A stretch of DNA of 64,000 nucleotides from Lepidodermella squamata (GCA_047495785.1 JBLDXI010000024.1:5394001-5458000); one strand, 5' to 3'; positions 22,035 to 35,600 are shown, counted from the first letter of the stretch. Numbers and translations are program-made. Notes: a model not told the origin generated them from the sequence alone.

Positions 22035-23078
22035 TTTTCTTTGTTGTATTTCCTGAGAAAATTAAGCCTCGCTATAAATGAGAAAACAGCCGATTGTTGC
22101 GGCGTTATTATTATTTCCACTGAGATATATAGTTTCTTATCACACAACGGCTAGCTATATCGCAAATTGCAAAGGGGTGTGGGCGGGTATGTCCACAACC
22201 TCTTTACTTTTCTTTCTTGCAGGGCTGGTCGGTGACAAAGCGGCAAGGGGTCGCTGTGTCGAATCTGCGTTATCTTTCTTTACTTATCTTTCTTCTCTTT
22301 CGTCCAGCTTGTGCCCTACATCAGCAAAAATAGTTTCTTATCTTAAACTAACGCTGGTGTGCGCAAAAACAATTTACTGCGTGGTTAAACATTGGGGAAT
22401 GTGTGAGTGCTTACTCGTCCATAGATCGACACGCTAAGAACTACGAAAAAGTGGTGAATGTCTACAGATGGTGATTTCGCGGGTTGGGCGGCATAGCGAC
22501 TCGCGTAGGATAGAAACAAATGGCACAAATCTTTTGATGCACAGTTCAGTGATCAGGCACGCGACCGATGTTTGCAAAGACGCTAATAGTCAGTTTTACA
22601 CCATTTTTTCTATTCCAGGCGAGTACCGCACATCCCGCAATGTAAGCCCAAGCGAGATTTTGAAAAATCTGAAAAATTTCCAGCTAACGCTCATTGATGA
22701 GTTTGTATAAGTCGCCAGAAAATTATTGTTCTAGCAATAACCTATGTGCAGCAACTAGTAAAACCTTGGTAATCACACGTTTGTGCTGCATTTTTATTAG
22801 CATGCCAGCAGGTACAATTCTCAGACGTTCTGTCGGTCCATTTCGTACTCTACTCATATCTTAGTGTTTGCTTTCTTTCTGTAATTGGGTAAATGTATTT
22901 GAACGAAACCAGCTAATAAGCAATAATTGGCCAATCTTATTATTGCGTCTTTAGAAGATTTTCGAGTCGCATTACGACTGGCAACAAGAATGACATGGAA
23001 CAAAACAAGGATTACAATATGAAGCCTAATATGAGTGAATGCAGCAGTATTTTGTGTTACTGATAATTTACTCAAAGC

Positions 23079-23741
23079 ATGCCAGCCTGGACCCATAGTA
23101 AGATCGAATTGAGTTTTTGGCTTAATACAAAATCTAATCGACACAGGTCTCCTCGACTGCTGCTCCCATCCAAAAAACTGCTGTTGCGTTATTTTCTGCC
23201 CATGCTTCGCATTTGGAAAGTAAGGATCTTAACCATTGATTTCCCTCAAGACATCGTTAGCGACGTTGAATAAGTAACTCGGATTTAGACTTGCTTACTT
23301 CCATTTCAAGTTGATAGGTGACAGGTAAAAAAGTCTTTTGTTTTTGCCTCTTCATTCACGTTAAAAAGCCGCCTTTTTACTTGTCACCCGCGCCCTTCAA
23401 CCGGATATAAAAAGCCTAAATCCGAGTTATTCAACGTCGCTAACGACATCATTTTTTGTTCAGCGCTTGGGCGAAAATGGGTAGCTCCTGCATTGCTTGT
23501 GGATTGCTATCTCTATTCCCTGCCGCGCAGTGCATTTCTCACTTTATGTTACGATCGAAAGTTAGAACAGAGCATGATATTCAAGGATCTGCAGTTGGTG
23601 ATTGTTGCGCTGTCTGGTTCTGCCCTTGTTGCTCATTAATCCAAGTAGCAAATGTAAGACTTTTTTACTACTGTGTTATCATGCTTCAGTTTAATGTCTC
23701 AGGAAGTTGACGCCTGTATGGATGTCATGGAACGCCGCTAA
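23079..23741 (+). CDS. PLAC8/cornifelin-family protein, paralog of 21652-22034 (4 coding exons)
   Basis: MPAWTH/SLLDCCSHPKNCCCVIFCPCFAFG/NAWAKMG...LRSKVRTEHDIQGSAVGDCCAVWFCPCCSLIQVAN/EVDACMDVMERR-stop via GT-AG introns. Confidence 0.85.
23256..23444. mobile_element. MITE inside intron 2 of the PLAC8 gene
   Basis: About 30-bp TIR GTTAGCGACGTTGAATAA(GTAA)CTCGGATTTAG ... CTAAATCCGAGTTATTCAACGTCGCTAAC, plus an inner IR GGTGACAGGTAAAAA/TTTTTACTTGTCACC; flanked by direct repeat GACATC. Confidence 0.85.
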
Positions 23742-24496
23742 CCTCCAACCACCAACCAGATTTGCTCACTTCTTCTTTCAATCTTTCTTCTTCACTTTAT
23801 ATGACCCGACGAGTCATGAATAATACCAAGTTAATTTTCAGTATGATGCCTCAAGTGAATATAAATCATATCGGAGGTCTAATAAAAAGCAGTCAGGTCT
23901 CCAAATTTGATCAACGTGGTTATCAGTTCAACAGCTCAAGGTTATCAGTTCAATTGTCATCGACATTCGACAATCGGAACCAGCAGAAGGCTCAGAGATA
24001 AGTCCAAGTTCCATCGTGAAGGCGGACGAGAGGGTGAGATTGATTCGAGTTCAGTAAAGATTCCAAGGTCCAAGGTCCAAACTTCTAACTCCTGACACGC
24101 TGAATCTCATGCAATCATAACTTGAGTAAAAAATTTAAAAATTATATATGATCTTACTGGAAATTTTAATTTTTTATTAAATATTAATTATACTTTTTTT
24201 ACGAAATAAACCTTGACGTGCCATATTGAGCGGGAGTTATTTTAATCGCGTCAGTTGATGCTGTTTGTCCCACTTTTGATCTTGGTGTTTGATGTGGATG
24301 AAGTAGAGTGGAAGTTATAGGAGTTTGGAGACATAAACGGAGCGCGGAGCGTCATGGCAGAGCTTCGTTATCACTGATACTGATAGCTGCAATTCTGCTG
24401 CGGTTGGTAAATCGTATGCTTAATCTTTCTCGCTGCCCTATTTTATGTGATCTGGGAAAGTAGCCAAGATTTTCTCGCTTCGCCTTATTTCAGAAG

Positions 24497-24765
24497 GCGA
24501 TCGGGGAACACAGTGGCGCAGTGGATCGAGCGCCCCCTCATCATCATGAAGGTCGTGCGTTCGATTCCAGCTGCCCACAGAGCAACACCAAAAAGTGTTG
24601 CGGCCTTGAGCAAGTCGCTTCGCGGACCTGGACATGCAAAGCCTGTGTGTGCGCATGATTCCCTGTGTGTCTGTGTTAGGCAGTAAAATGCCCACTCCTT
24701 CAAAACGGGAAACCGTTAGAGACGTTTAGTCGTAAGGAGTATAATTAAAGCCATTATTATTATTA
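24497..24765 (+). mobile_element. tRNA-derived SINE
   Basis: A-box TGGCGCAGTGG, B-box GTTCGATTCC, central CCTTGAGCAAGTCGCTT, (ATT)n tail, 12-bp TSD TTATTTCAGAAG (24485-24496 and 24766-24777). Confidence 0.88.
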
Positions 24766-25289
24766 TTATTTCAGAAGAAGGCATGGAAACAAATGCCTCG
24801 CATGGTTTGGTTGGTTTGATGTGGAATAGCTCGTGCCTAACAATCTAGCGACTGGCGGCTCGATCTGTTATTCTTTTTCCCTGATTTGAGCCACATGACC
24901 CATATAAAACATCAACGCCGCGTACTTAAAGCTTATCGATCGTTCTCTCGCTTAAACTGAATTTCCTTGAAAATAATAGCTGGTATCATTTTGACCGTTT
25001 TCAATTGGTGGTCATTCTTTTTAGTGTTTGCATTTTGTCACGTGTAACACATCTGCACTTGAATGCTCTACGTTGAAAAATATAGTTGGCTGTGAGAAGA
25101 TTGATTGTTATCAAGCGCCGAAGAGGTGTTACAACTGAAATGGGTGCGATGCGCAATCGATGGCGATCTTTCACACACACCCACACCTGACTATCATTGA
25201 TACTTTCTTTCTGCATTCTAGGAATTTTAGAGAGAGTGATATTTAGACACATTTCCATATTCTGGTTGCGGCCGTTCAAGTAGTCATTG

Positions 25290-28200
25290 ATGATGATGAT
25301 CGGCCTTCTTGCACCATGTACGGCTGCCTTCCTGCTAACAATTGCCGGTGTCAATAATGCGTTGCGGCCGTGCGTGGTGACAGAGACACGGTACGCGTTG
25401 ACGGAGTGCGACTCGGGGCGCGGGCGGTGGCGCGTGCGCGTGCCAACGGACGCAACCGCGTGCGAAGTGGCTCCGGGTGACGCAGCGCCTCCGAAGCGGA
25501 CTTCGTGCGACGCGGCGTGCGCGCCCGGCCAGTTCTACGACATCGCGGGCGACCTGCAATGCCACGACTGCGAGCCGGGCGCGTACTCGCTGGGCGCCGC
25601 CGAGGAGTTCACGGCGTGGTCGGAGGTGCCGAAGGCGTTCAACATCGACGTGGCGCTGCCCTCGTCCGCCGACCTCGACTCGAACCTGTACGACACGCTG
25701 AACGAGACGGAGGCGCAGCGGCAGTGCGCGTTCAAGCCGGCGACGCGGCAGCCGGCGGCGCTGGAACTGCGCGCCTCGCGCTGCGTCGTCATCGTGTCGT
25801 ACGCGGCGAGCCTGGTGCGCGACGGGCGGTTCACGCTCGCGTACCGCCTCGTCGACGCGCGCAACAACTTCGCATCGTTGCAGATCGAGAACTCGGCGTG
25901 CCAGAAGACGCGCGACCGCGAACGCTCGTTCCGCCTCGAGGCGACGAAGGCCGGCGAGTGGCGCCAGCTCTCCGTTCCGCTCACTACAGGTACGACAGTT
26001 GAATACTTTTACAAATCTTACGGCAGATCACATAATCAATTTCAAAGTTGATCGCGTGTTCTTAAATTACGGCCAATTTTTCGAATTTTCAACTCAGCGT
26101 TGAAATTCTAGGCGAGAACGACCTTGATAATAGTTAATAAGTTAGCTGAATACCGTGTTCATGATCAGCAATTCGAGATTTTCGAAAATGTGAGGATAGT
26201 TCATTGTGATGTGAGTCTGAAGTAGTTCATACCGGTCCTCCGTGGAACAAACCGCCTAGCTATGAATCGGAAATTCTTGGCTGCCCGTCGTACTGTTGCT
26301 CAACTTGAACCCGAGTAGTTTTGAATCCGATTTATTTTTGTGATTTTCTAGGCACGAGTGTGATATCGCTGTGGCTGGAGCGCGGGCCGGTGGCGTCGTC
26401 GGACGTGGTCGCATCGCCGCTGATTGTGAAGAACGTGACGGTGAGCGGCGTGGCGTACGCGTCGCAGTGCCGCCGCTGCCCGCCCGGTTCGTACGCCCCG
26501 ACGCCGAAAACGCCGCGCTGTCTGCCGTGTCCGCCCAACACGTACGCCGTTGCTGAAGGTAAGAGCCGCTGCTGTTGCTACGAAGCCCTTACTCATGATG
26601 AAAATCGGTCGATTAAATCGGGATTAAATTGGTGGTTGAGTTGAATTCAATCGGCATGAAATGCAAATTTTCTGTTGAATTTTTTCCAACTTTTTGGATT
26701 TTTTTTTCGAAGAAACTTGAATTTAGGTAGGACTGAAACAAGAGTGAACAATTGTTAACAAGTTGCTGTGTATCTCCTTACTTGAATTGAATTTATTTCT
26801 TTTTTTGTGTCTGTTTGAAGGATCGACCAAGTGCGTGAAGTGTGGCGATGACGAGTACGCGGATGCGGGCGCGGCGGTGTGCGTGAAGCGGCCGGCGTGC
26901 ACGCCCGCGGACTACTACGCGTCGACGGGCGGCGTGTGCGACCAGTACGGCGAGACGACGCTGGCGTACGCGTGGTTCGAGCCGAAGCGCTGCTCGGAGA
27001 CTGCGAGCGGCGCCGTGCAGTTGCCGCCGCCGCAGAAGCGCAAGTGCCCGCACTGCAACCCGGGCATGTTCTACAACTCCACGACTAGTGGTACGGCGTC
27101 GTCGTCGAAGCAGTGCGTCTTCTGCCCGCCGAACACGTACAACGACGGCTCAGAGGTGGTGTGCAAGCCGTGCGTAGCAGCAGCCGCAGGAAATGGCCAG
27201 CAGCAGCAGCAGGCGTACCGCGTGTCGGGCGTGTTTTGGCGGCTGTGGCGCCAACCGATGCCGGCCGACGTGGTCGGCAACACGTGCGACGGCGGCGACG
27301 ACGCGTGCGACGGGCCGCGCGGCTGGCTGCCCGCCGACGACCACATGGCGACGATCCGCCGCCACGCCGCCACCGCCTATTCGGTAAGCTCAGCGGCTTT
27401 AACTATTTCTAGTGAGAACTAATCGAACAACAACAAATTGATTTGATTTGACATTGTGACTCTGGTTTAACGGATTTGATTCACGTTCTCTGAGCTCGAG
27501 TGTTCATAATTTTTGGCTTGCACTCAAAACTTGCACTTGTTCGGATGAAAATTAGCTTCCTGAATGAATACTTTGAATGCTTTCGTAATATTCCACCGTT
27601 TGTGTTCTCTATATGATGTAGGTGCTGTCATTCCGCGTCGACCGGGTGACGCGGCGGCCGGTGAAGCTGTCGCTCAACTTCGAAACCGAGTGCGACGACG
27701 CGTGCATTTTCCTAGTCGCAACCACGGTAAGTCGAGTCGTGAATTATCATGATGTCCTAATAATGTTTTTTATTTGTATACACTGAAACAGCCGAACAGC
27801 GAAGTGTCGGAAGGCGACGACTTTGAGCTCATCCACAAGTCGGTGGGCAAGCAGGCGCGGCAGTGGCGCGTCTTCGACGTGACGTCGGCGCCGCCGTTCA
27901 CGTTGCACGTCATGTTCCGGAAACTGACGGCGGCGCGCTTCAACGAGCTGCTCGCGAAGAAGCTGGCGGCGAACGAACTCGCGCTGCCGCACGGCGACTT
28001 CGACTCGAACGTCGCGCGCCTCTACGCCTTCAACTTGACGAACGTCGAGCCGGGCGGCATGGCCGAGTGCTACGACTGCGCCAGTCTCCTAGCTACCCAG
28101 CAGCAGCGGGTGCCTGTTTTCTGCACGACGTGCCAGCCCGGCTGGGTGCGGGGTGCCAACGCGACTGCGGCATGCTCGCCCTGCCCACGAGACCACATCA

Positions 28201-30413
28201 CGCCGCTTGTGCTCAGCAGCAGCAGCAGCACTGGTTCGGAGGCGACGGCCGAGCATTCGGACACGTGCGTCGCGTGTCCGGCGCACATGCGGGCGGCGCG
28301 CAGTGGCGTGGCGTGCTACTCGGACTGCCGGTTCAACAACTCGGCGCTGCACCTGCGCTACGACCTCAGTTCGTTAGGGCTCGGCCGCGCCGCGTCGCTG
28401 CCCATGTTCCTGCCCTCCGGCATCAAGTTCGTGCACACGTTCAACGTCAGCCTGTGCGGCGATGCGGTGCCGCCGGCGTGCCAGCGCGGCCGTGCGCCCA
28501 GCCTCATCGACTCGGTGCTCAACACCGCCAACTCTGCGGCTGCTGCTTCTGCTGCTTCGGCTGAACTGGGCTATGGCGCGTCGCGGGTGTGCGCCGCCAC
28601 CCTGCTGCAGCCGCGCAACGACGTCTACTCGTCGAAAATGTAAGCAAGCACACTTCAACAAATAATAGATCTATGGAATTTCATTAAGAAATTGATTTTT
28701 CGAATTATTCACCAAAAGTTTGATCATTTGAGAATTCAACTTTGGAATTCAGTTGCTGAATTCAGTTGTAAGCCAGAACATCACCACTTCGTCGATCAAA
28801 AATACCAATTTGAAAATGACGCAAAGTTCTGCTTGGTTTCAGTTGCAATTTTTAAGTAGTTTTTCACCCAGAAGAAACTAAGGAACCTTTGCCTAGTTTT
28901 TAAAACTAGGCTCCGCTAGACTGGCTATTTCGTCCGTGTGAAAAAGTTCCATAATTGTTAACGACACTTTTAGATACGGCATTTTCCCCTGAATACGAGA
29001 ATTTGTCAAAAATTACACCAATTTAAAAACTTGTTATCTATGAGTGCATAATGTGTTTTATTTTCTCTCGCATGCAGTGTTGGCTCTCGCCTCGTGTCGA
29101 TAGCGTTCGGCGACGTGGCTGAGGCGGTGCGAGCGACGAACCTAACCGGAGGAAGCAACGGCTTGCCGGCGGTGTTCAACGTGTCGCAGCTGCCGGCGCC
29201 GGCCTACGCCAACCTGCCCGACGTCGTGTTCGTGTTCGCGAGCGACGAGCGCACCGAAGCGTGTCCGAACGGCGCCATCACCGCTGTCGTCCTACGATGT
29301 GGCGGCACTGGCACTGGCAGTGGCAGTGGCAGTGGCACTCTTCACCTGCCGTCCGGCTGCCCGTCCGGCTCGTGCGACAACTGCCACTACATGGTGGGCT
29401 GGGTGGCGCCGGGCGCGTGTCCGCTCTGCAACGACACGGACCTCGACTTTGACCTCGTCAACGGCGACTGTTCCTTCGGCACGCAGACCGTCTACAGGGT
29501 AAGCAAGCAACAAATGATACGCGCGCAGATTGCAGAGTAGCAATAAGTGACTCTTGAGTAAGGTATTGTAAGGAGTCAAGTACAGTCGAAAGAATTAACT
29601 TCAACGCCGCTGTCGAGTCGAAATTTCGATAGTTAATGCGGAAAATTCATCCCTTCATAATAAGATTTTCAAAGCTTGCGGAACTTGACAACATGGGAGA
29701 AACGGCGAGCTCAGTGAATGTATTCCAAATCGGAAAAACTTGAAAACAGAGCGTAAATCGTATATTATGGTTTAATTTAGAAAAAAGTTGACATTTTTAT
29801 TCGAAATTGTTTTTAATGTGAGCTAATGTTTTGTATGAATTAATTTGTTTGTGTTCGTGCGTAGTACCCGCGGCCTCACTGCGTGCTGCTGAGCAACCGC
29901 GAGCGGCAAGCCGTGCGGTCGCAGTCGTGCGCCGCGCTGCCGCTGTGGGCGCAACTCTCCATCGCGGGCGTCGTCGCGCTCCTCGTCATCCTGCTCATCG
30001 TGCTGCTGTACACGTGCAAGCGTACGAAGAAGCTCGAGTACCGCTACATGAAACTCGTCCAGTCGACGGGCGGCGACGGCGGCGACGACGACGACGATGG
30101 CGACGGCGGTGGGCAACTGCCGCAGGCCGAGTCGTGCGCCGTCGAGGTGGACGCGCCCGACGATGGCGACGGCGATGAACGCGAGCACTTCAACAGCAGT
30201 CGCAACAACAAGCAGCATGTGAAGCAACAAGCCAAACGATCGTCGGCTGCGGCTTCTTCGAAAATGAAAAAGTTTCGAACTCTTGACAGCGGGTCGTCGT
30301 CGGGCGGTTCGGGCCGGTTGAACAACGCCTTTTTCGAGGTATTATTACTTGTTGATGATGACAAACCGGTTGCAGCTGCATGTGATAGTGGTAGTGATCA
30401 AGCCATAGCTTGA
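25290..30413 (+). CDS. ELAPOR2: ELAPOR1/2 (KIAA1324/EIG121-like) type I membrane protein, about 7 exons
   Basis: Signal peptide; LTECDSGRGRWRVRVP; CEPGAYSLG; VSGVAYASQCRRCPPG; CPHCNPG; MRH-like region (CPSGSCDNCHY..ACPLC); TM helix; KKLEYRYMKLV..LPQAESCA tail. All are family hallmarks; ELAPOR1 versus ELAPOR2 cannot be resolved. Confidence 0.9.
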
Positions 30414-32645
30414 TTGAAGCCAACATGATGTGATAAAACATATTATTTTTAATACTCTAATTTTGTGTTTGTGCGATATTATTAATTGTAAAGGCATCGG
30501 ATGCTGATAACATGGAGTCACTGATGACCGCCCGGCCATCAGTGCTCTAGTAGCAACAGCGACAACTGAAGGATGAGTCTACAAATGACATACATACATG
30601 CATGTTGTCTTGTCTTGTCCCTTGTTCGGTGAATGTCTCCGTCTAATAAGTACTTAATGCCTATAGTTTCTTAACTACGTCATGGATCGCGCTTCAACAA
30701 GGCTTGAAAAAAAACAAGTACTTATATAGCAGCAGCAGCAGCATGCAGAATTGCTTTTTTCCGCTATCCTAAACCCCTGATATAGAAGACACCTGGCTGG
30801 CTGGCTGATTGATCTGATACTTATGGTGATGGGGTTATGCATAGACTACCTACATATGATATAGACGATTGTGAAATCTATAACAAAAACAGACCACGTT
30901 TTACAAATTGACACAGCTATAACATTCCTTTCTTCTCACTTGCGTTGTTGTTCGTTTTACCTAAACGTTGTTGTTGTTGTTGTTGTTGCCGTTGTTGATG
31001 ATTTGATATTTGTTCGTATTAGCAGAATTTTGAGCTCAATCGCAGCTGATTTTGTGTGCAATATCATCATCACGTTCAGTTTTATGTTGTTGTTGTCAAT
31101 TGCAAGAGCAGCACATTTATATTATTTATTTTTTTCAAGTTCAACACCCTAAAACACCTCTAGTCAGCTCTATAACTAGAACCCTGTTGTTACTAGTTTG
31201 TTCTCCGATGGCCAATTATTATTATTATGCTACTATAAGTCGAGATGATAGTAAGAAGTGAAATGAGCAACAGCAGCAGCAGCAACTAATCCTCGAAATC
31301 GCACTAAATTGGTACAGAGTTCAGAGGATTGGCTAGTCTTGGCTTAATCTATGAATCAAAGCGAAGTGCAACAACAACAACCCGAGACAGCGATGAGCAG
31401 CTACGATTCTCTTACATTATTGACAGTGTGCAGCATCAAAATGTCATGGCTTCTTCCTTTCTTCTCCGTTCGTTGTAAAAAAACTTGAACTACTTACTAC
31501 ACCTTATTCGACCTCGATATTTTTTTTTGCCGTGTTTTTGTACCAACTACCAACCATTCATTCATTGGTAGCAAAGTTGAAGATGGTGGTGGTGGTGGTG
31601 ATTCCTTTCATTGATTCATGATTGTTTTCATTATATCGTTATATAATATTATAATATTATAGTTGATGTAGTCCCGGTTCAATGAAACTAAATGATAATA
31701 CATATAACATGAAACAGCTACTAATTGATTGGTCTCAAGCTTTAAACATAAGAAGAGTGTTAATTCGGTCAAGTTGTGATTACAAATGTGTGCATATTAT
31801 CCAAGCTTCGAAAGCAGCCCGCCCCCATCTCCATGTATAGTATGTTGTGCAAAAAATGGCGGCGGCTTCTACTTGTTGTGATTGATCTCTGCAACTGCGT
31901 CTTCGGCTGCGTGAATATCAAGTATAGTCATCTCTTGATCTATCTGACTGACTGACCTGAATGATCTCGGCGTTATGTTGAATTGATTCTCGATTTTGGC
32001 GTCTTGTCATGACAGCGTGATTCTCGTTCTTCCACCGTCTGCCTTGCCAGCCATTGTTAATCTCAAACTTGTTGCTTTTTGTCGAAAACTGGTCTCATTA
32101 TTGCAATGCTTATAAAAATATCCGTGTTGTGCTTATATGGTGGTGGTGGTGCAAAATCTAGTTTTTAACTGTTGTTTATTCCTGCGCTGCAATCTTTTCG
32201 GTGTCTCCTCTACACGTGATTTTCGAACGGTCTCAAACAAATAACTAAAGTAATACATAATATCCTCTAGTGGGGTTGATGAACCAAGTAAACGCATCAT
32301 TCATCTCAGGAGTCTCTTCTCTCGCATAAATAGCTCTATTCGAACCAAAATTGACGTTGCATGTACGTACGTTCATCATCGACGTGGCGCTTGTTTGCTT
32401 GCGTTTTTTGTCTCCAGCTGGCGCCAAAATTAGTGTTCATTTTCGGCTATAACACTTATCTATTATGGATCGAATCGAAAATTTATTAATAAAGAATCGT
32501 ATATCAGCTCAATCGAACGCGTGTTTTGTTATAGGTACATTGGATTCACTTGGGGTTGGGCTTACTACATCAGAGCTGTTTAAAAACATATTATGTTGTT
32601 GTGCATCTTATAGATAGATACCTATATCGGTTTTATAAGGCACAA

Positions 32646-35600
32646 ATGATGGCGGATGACTTTGACGGAGCCATCGAACTGCTGACGGCTTCGAGTAACG
32701 GCGCTGACCAGGTGGTGTTGGAATGCCTGAGAAAAGCTCGCATCGCCATGAGCAGACTGGCGTCGAATTCGACGATCGACGCGGCGAAAGCGACTCGCCT
32801 CGCCGACATTTGCCTCAACAAACTCGTCGAGGCGGAGGTGAGTGATAGCGAAAACGAGGCGGTCGCTGTCAGTTTGCTGCAGCTGCTGTGCAATGCAGTT
32901 GTCGCCGGTTTCTTGTCACCGCCGTTTGAACGCGTTCTCCAACACGCGCCTCGCCTCGCAGCTACATGCTCGTCGACGACAAAGCGCGGTTCAATGGTAT
33001 CGGCGTTGTTTTTCCAGTGCTCACTGCGCAATGACTGCTTCATCGACGAGTTGCTACTCAGACTGCAGATGAACGATTATTCGCTCCTGGGGTCTTATGT
33101 GGAGAATCTCGCGAACATGTGGCTGCAGGCAGAGCGGCACGACTACCTGGAGTGGAACGTGTTCTTGCTCGAGGCCGCGTTCGCCTCGCCGCACTTCGGC
33201 CTGCTCGTCGCCGGCCGCATGGCGCCGAGCAGGCGGCGGCTCGTGCTCGAGGCGCTGGTCGAGGCGCCGCAAGCCGCAACGACGCAGACCCACCGCTACC
33301 TGCGCTGCGTCGCCGACGAACTGAACCGAACGTGGCAATCGATATCGAGCCGATATTCAATCGATATGGATTTGCGTGATGACGACGACGAGTTGCGGTG
33401 TTTGAGTCTGCTAGCCGAACTCGTGGCAGACGCGCCGCCAGATCTCCGCCACTCGATCGACACGCCCCAGTTGTTCGCCACTTGCCTCGATCTGCTGCAA
33501 TTCGTGCGTTCGATACCCGACACGAAAAACGATTCCAACCAGCAGCAGCCGTGTGGTGCGTTGAATTTGAAGAGCAGGGTGATTCAGCTGGTGGGCGTGC
33601 TGCTGCGAGACTCGCCCGCCAACAAAGCGGCACTGCTGCAGCGAGACGACGCGCTGCTCGGCCTCGTCGACGTCATGAGCCGCCTCGACCTCGCCAGCCC
33701 CTTTGCCTCGCAGTGGTGCATCGTGGCGATTCGCAACGCCGTTGACAACAGCCCCGAAGTCGCGCTCGCCCTCTACGAACTGCTCACCGGTTCCGATCTG
33801 CTGGGCCGGCTAGGCGTCTCCCTACAACCTGCTGCTGCTACGGACGATAGCAAGAATGCTCAAGAATGCACTGAGTGTGTTCAAGTCGAAGCTGGTGAGT
33901 CGACTAATGAGATCTACTACTACTCGAAGGCTGATTTCGTATGTTCGCCCGATGATTCGCCGCCGCCGTCGATGACTCGCTTCAGTGAGCACTTGCGGGC
34001 GGCGTGGCAGCGCGCGTGCGGCACGCCCGGGCTGCTGCGGTTCCGGTGCCGGGCCGAGTCGACGCCGGCGCGCCGCATCGGCCGCTACTACGCGCTGCTG
34101 AACGAGCAGCGGGCGACGAACCGGCGAGCGGCGCCGCACTTCGACTCGGTGACGCAGCCGCCGGACGAGCACGCGTTCAACTTTTCGAAATGCCGCCGGC
34201 AAGAAGTGCTCTTCGCCATGCACTGCCGCGAGGACGTTGAGGCGGCTGGTGGTGGTGCCGAGCTGGAGTTGGAGGCAACTGGTCGGCGCGTGTTCAGCCG
34301 GCGGCAGCAACGCGTCTCGCCGCTGCACGAGCGCCACGTCGTCATGGTGAACGTGTCGCCGATCGGCGATCCGTCATGCTTGATCGTACCCGACAGGTGA
34401 GACAGCAAATAGTCAAAAGTAGTCGGAGTAGTTAGTTTTGCGTTCGGTCGAAAGGTCAAAAGGTGCCAGTTAGGCGAACGAACCATTTGTTGCTATAATG
34501 GCATCGTGTACACATTTCAGAGTGCAACAAAAAGTGGTTCACTATTATAGCCAAGAGTGCAGTTTTTTATTAAAGTTATTTTTCTGTTTTGCAATATTTA
34601 CTCGTTTTCGTTTTTCGTCTTCGATCGATTTTCACAAGATCGATCGAATGGTGGTAAAAAATTTGCGTAAAAAGCAGCGCAATATGGGATGACATTGAAA
34701 AAAAAGTGTTTAATTTTTGCAATATAGACTGGCTGTGCTGCCGCAGTTGATGACGGTGGAGGCGGCGCGGCTGGCGATCCACTTTGCGCTGGCGTGCGGC
34801 GACCGGCACATGCGCGTCGGCTTCAACTCGCTGTGCGCCTTCGCCTCGGTCAACCACCTGCACCTGCACGCGTGGTCGAGCCGCAACGGTGCGCCCGGCT
34901 ACGAGCGCGACGGGCTCTACGTCGAGTCGACGCCATGCCACCGCCTGCTCGTTGATCAGCAATCGCCATCGGTGTTGTTCGAAGTGCGCGCGCCCGACGA
35001 CTCGCCGCTGCCCGGGTTCGCGCTGTCGTTGCGCGAGTCGGCACGAGGCGACCCGGACCGCCTCGCGCAGCTCTTGTACCTGGTGTGCGATGCGCTGGTG
35101 GTGCGCGACACGCCGCACAACGCGCTCGTGACGTGGGGCCGGCCCTTCGAACAGCAAGCAGAAGCAACTCGAACTGATGATGACGATGCCGAGCAGACTG
35201 AGTGGACTGTTCGCGTGTTCGTGTGGCCGAAGCGCAAAATCGAACGTAAGTTGATGCTTGCTTTGCTCGTCCTACTCTTCTTACGCGTGTAGTATTTGGT
35301 GTTGTGTGCTCATGCGTGACTGTGTGTATGATTTGATTTGATTTGATGATGATGCTCGTTCGAATAACACACACACAGGCTGGCAACAGCGCCGGCCACT
35401 CGCCGCTGCTTCGATGGAGTCGGGCGGCTACGTCATTGTCAAATCGCCAGCTGCCTTCAACGCCATCTTCCAATCAAAGTCAAATCACGTTGATGACGAT
35501 GATGATGATGATGTATCATTGCTGGGCTCACAGATCGCCATCGACGCGGAAATGTTCGCGCAGACGGCGGCTGCGTTGCCACCACCAACCAGTCGTCGAA

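Noticed and set aside
25335-35473. Many long overlapping antisense or alternate-frame ORFs in the ELAPOR and ATXN10-GDPGP1 exons (also 16.9-17.7 kb, 41.5-42.5 kb and 56.4-57.8 kb)
   Set aside because: Shadow ORFs caused by extreme GC3, which depletes stop codons in other frames; the translations are Arg/Ala-rich with no motifs.
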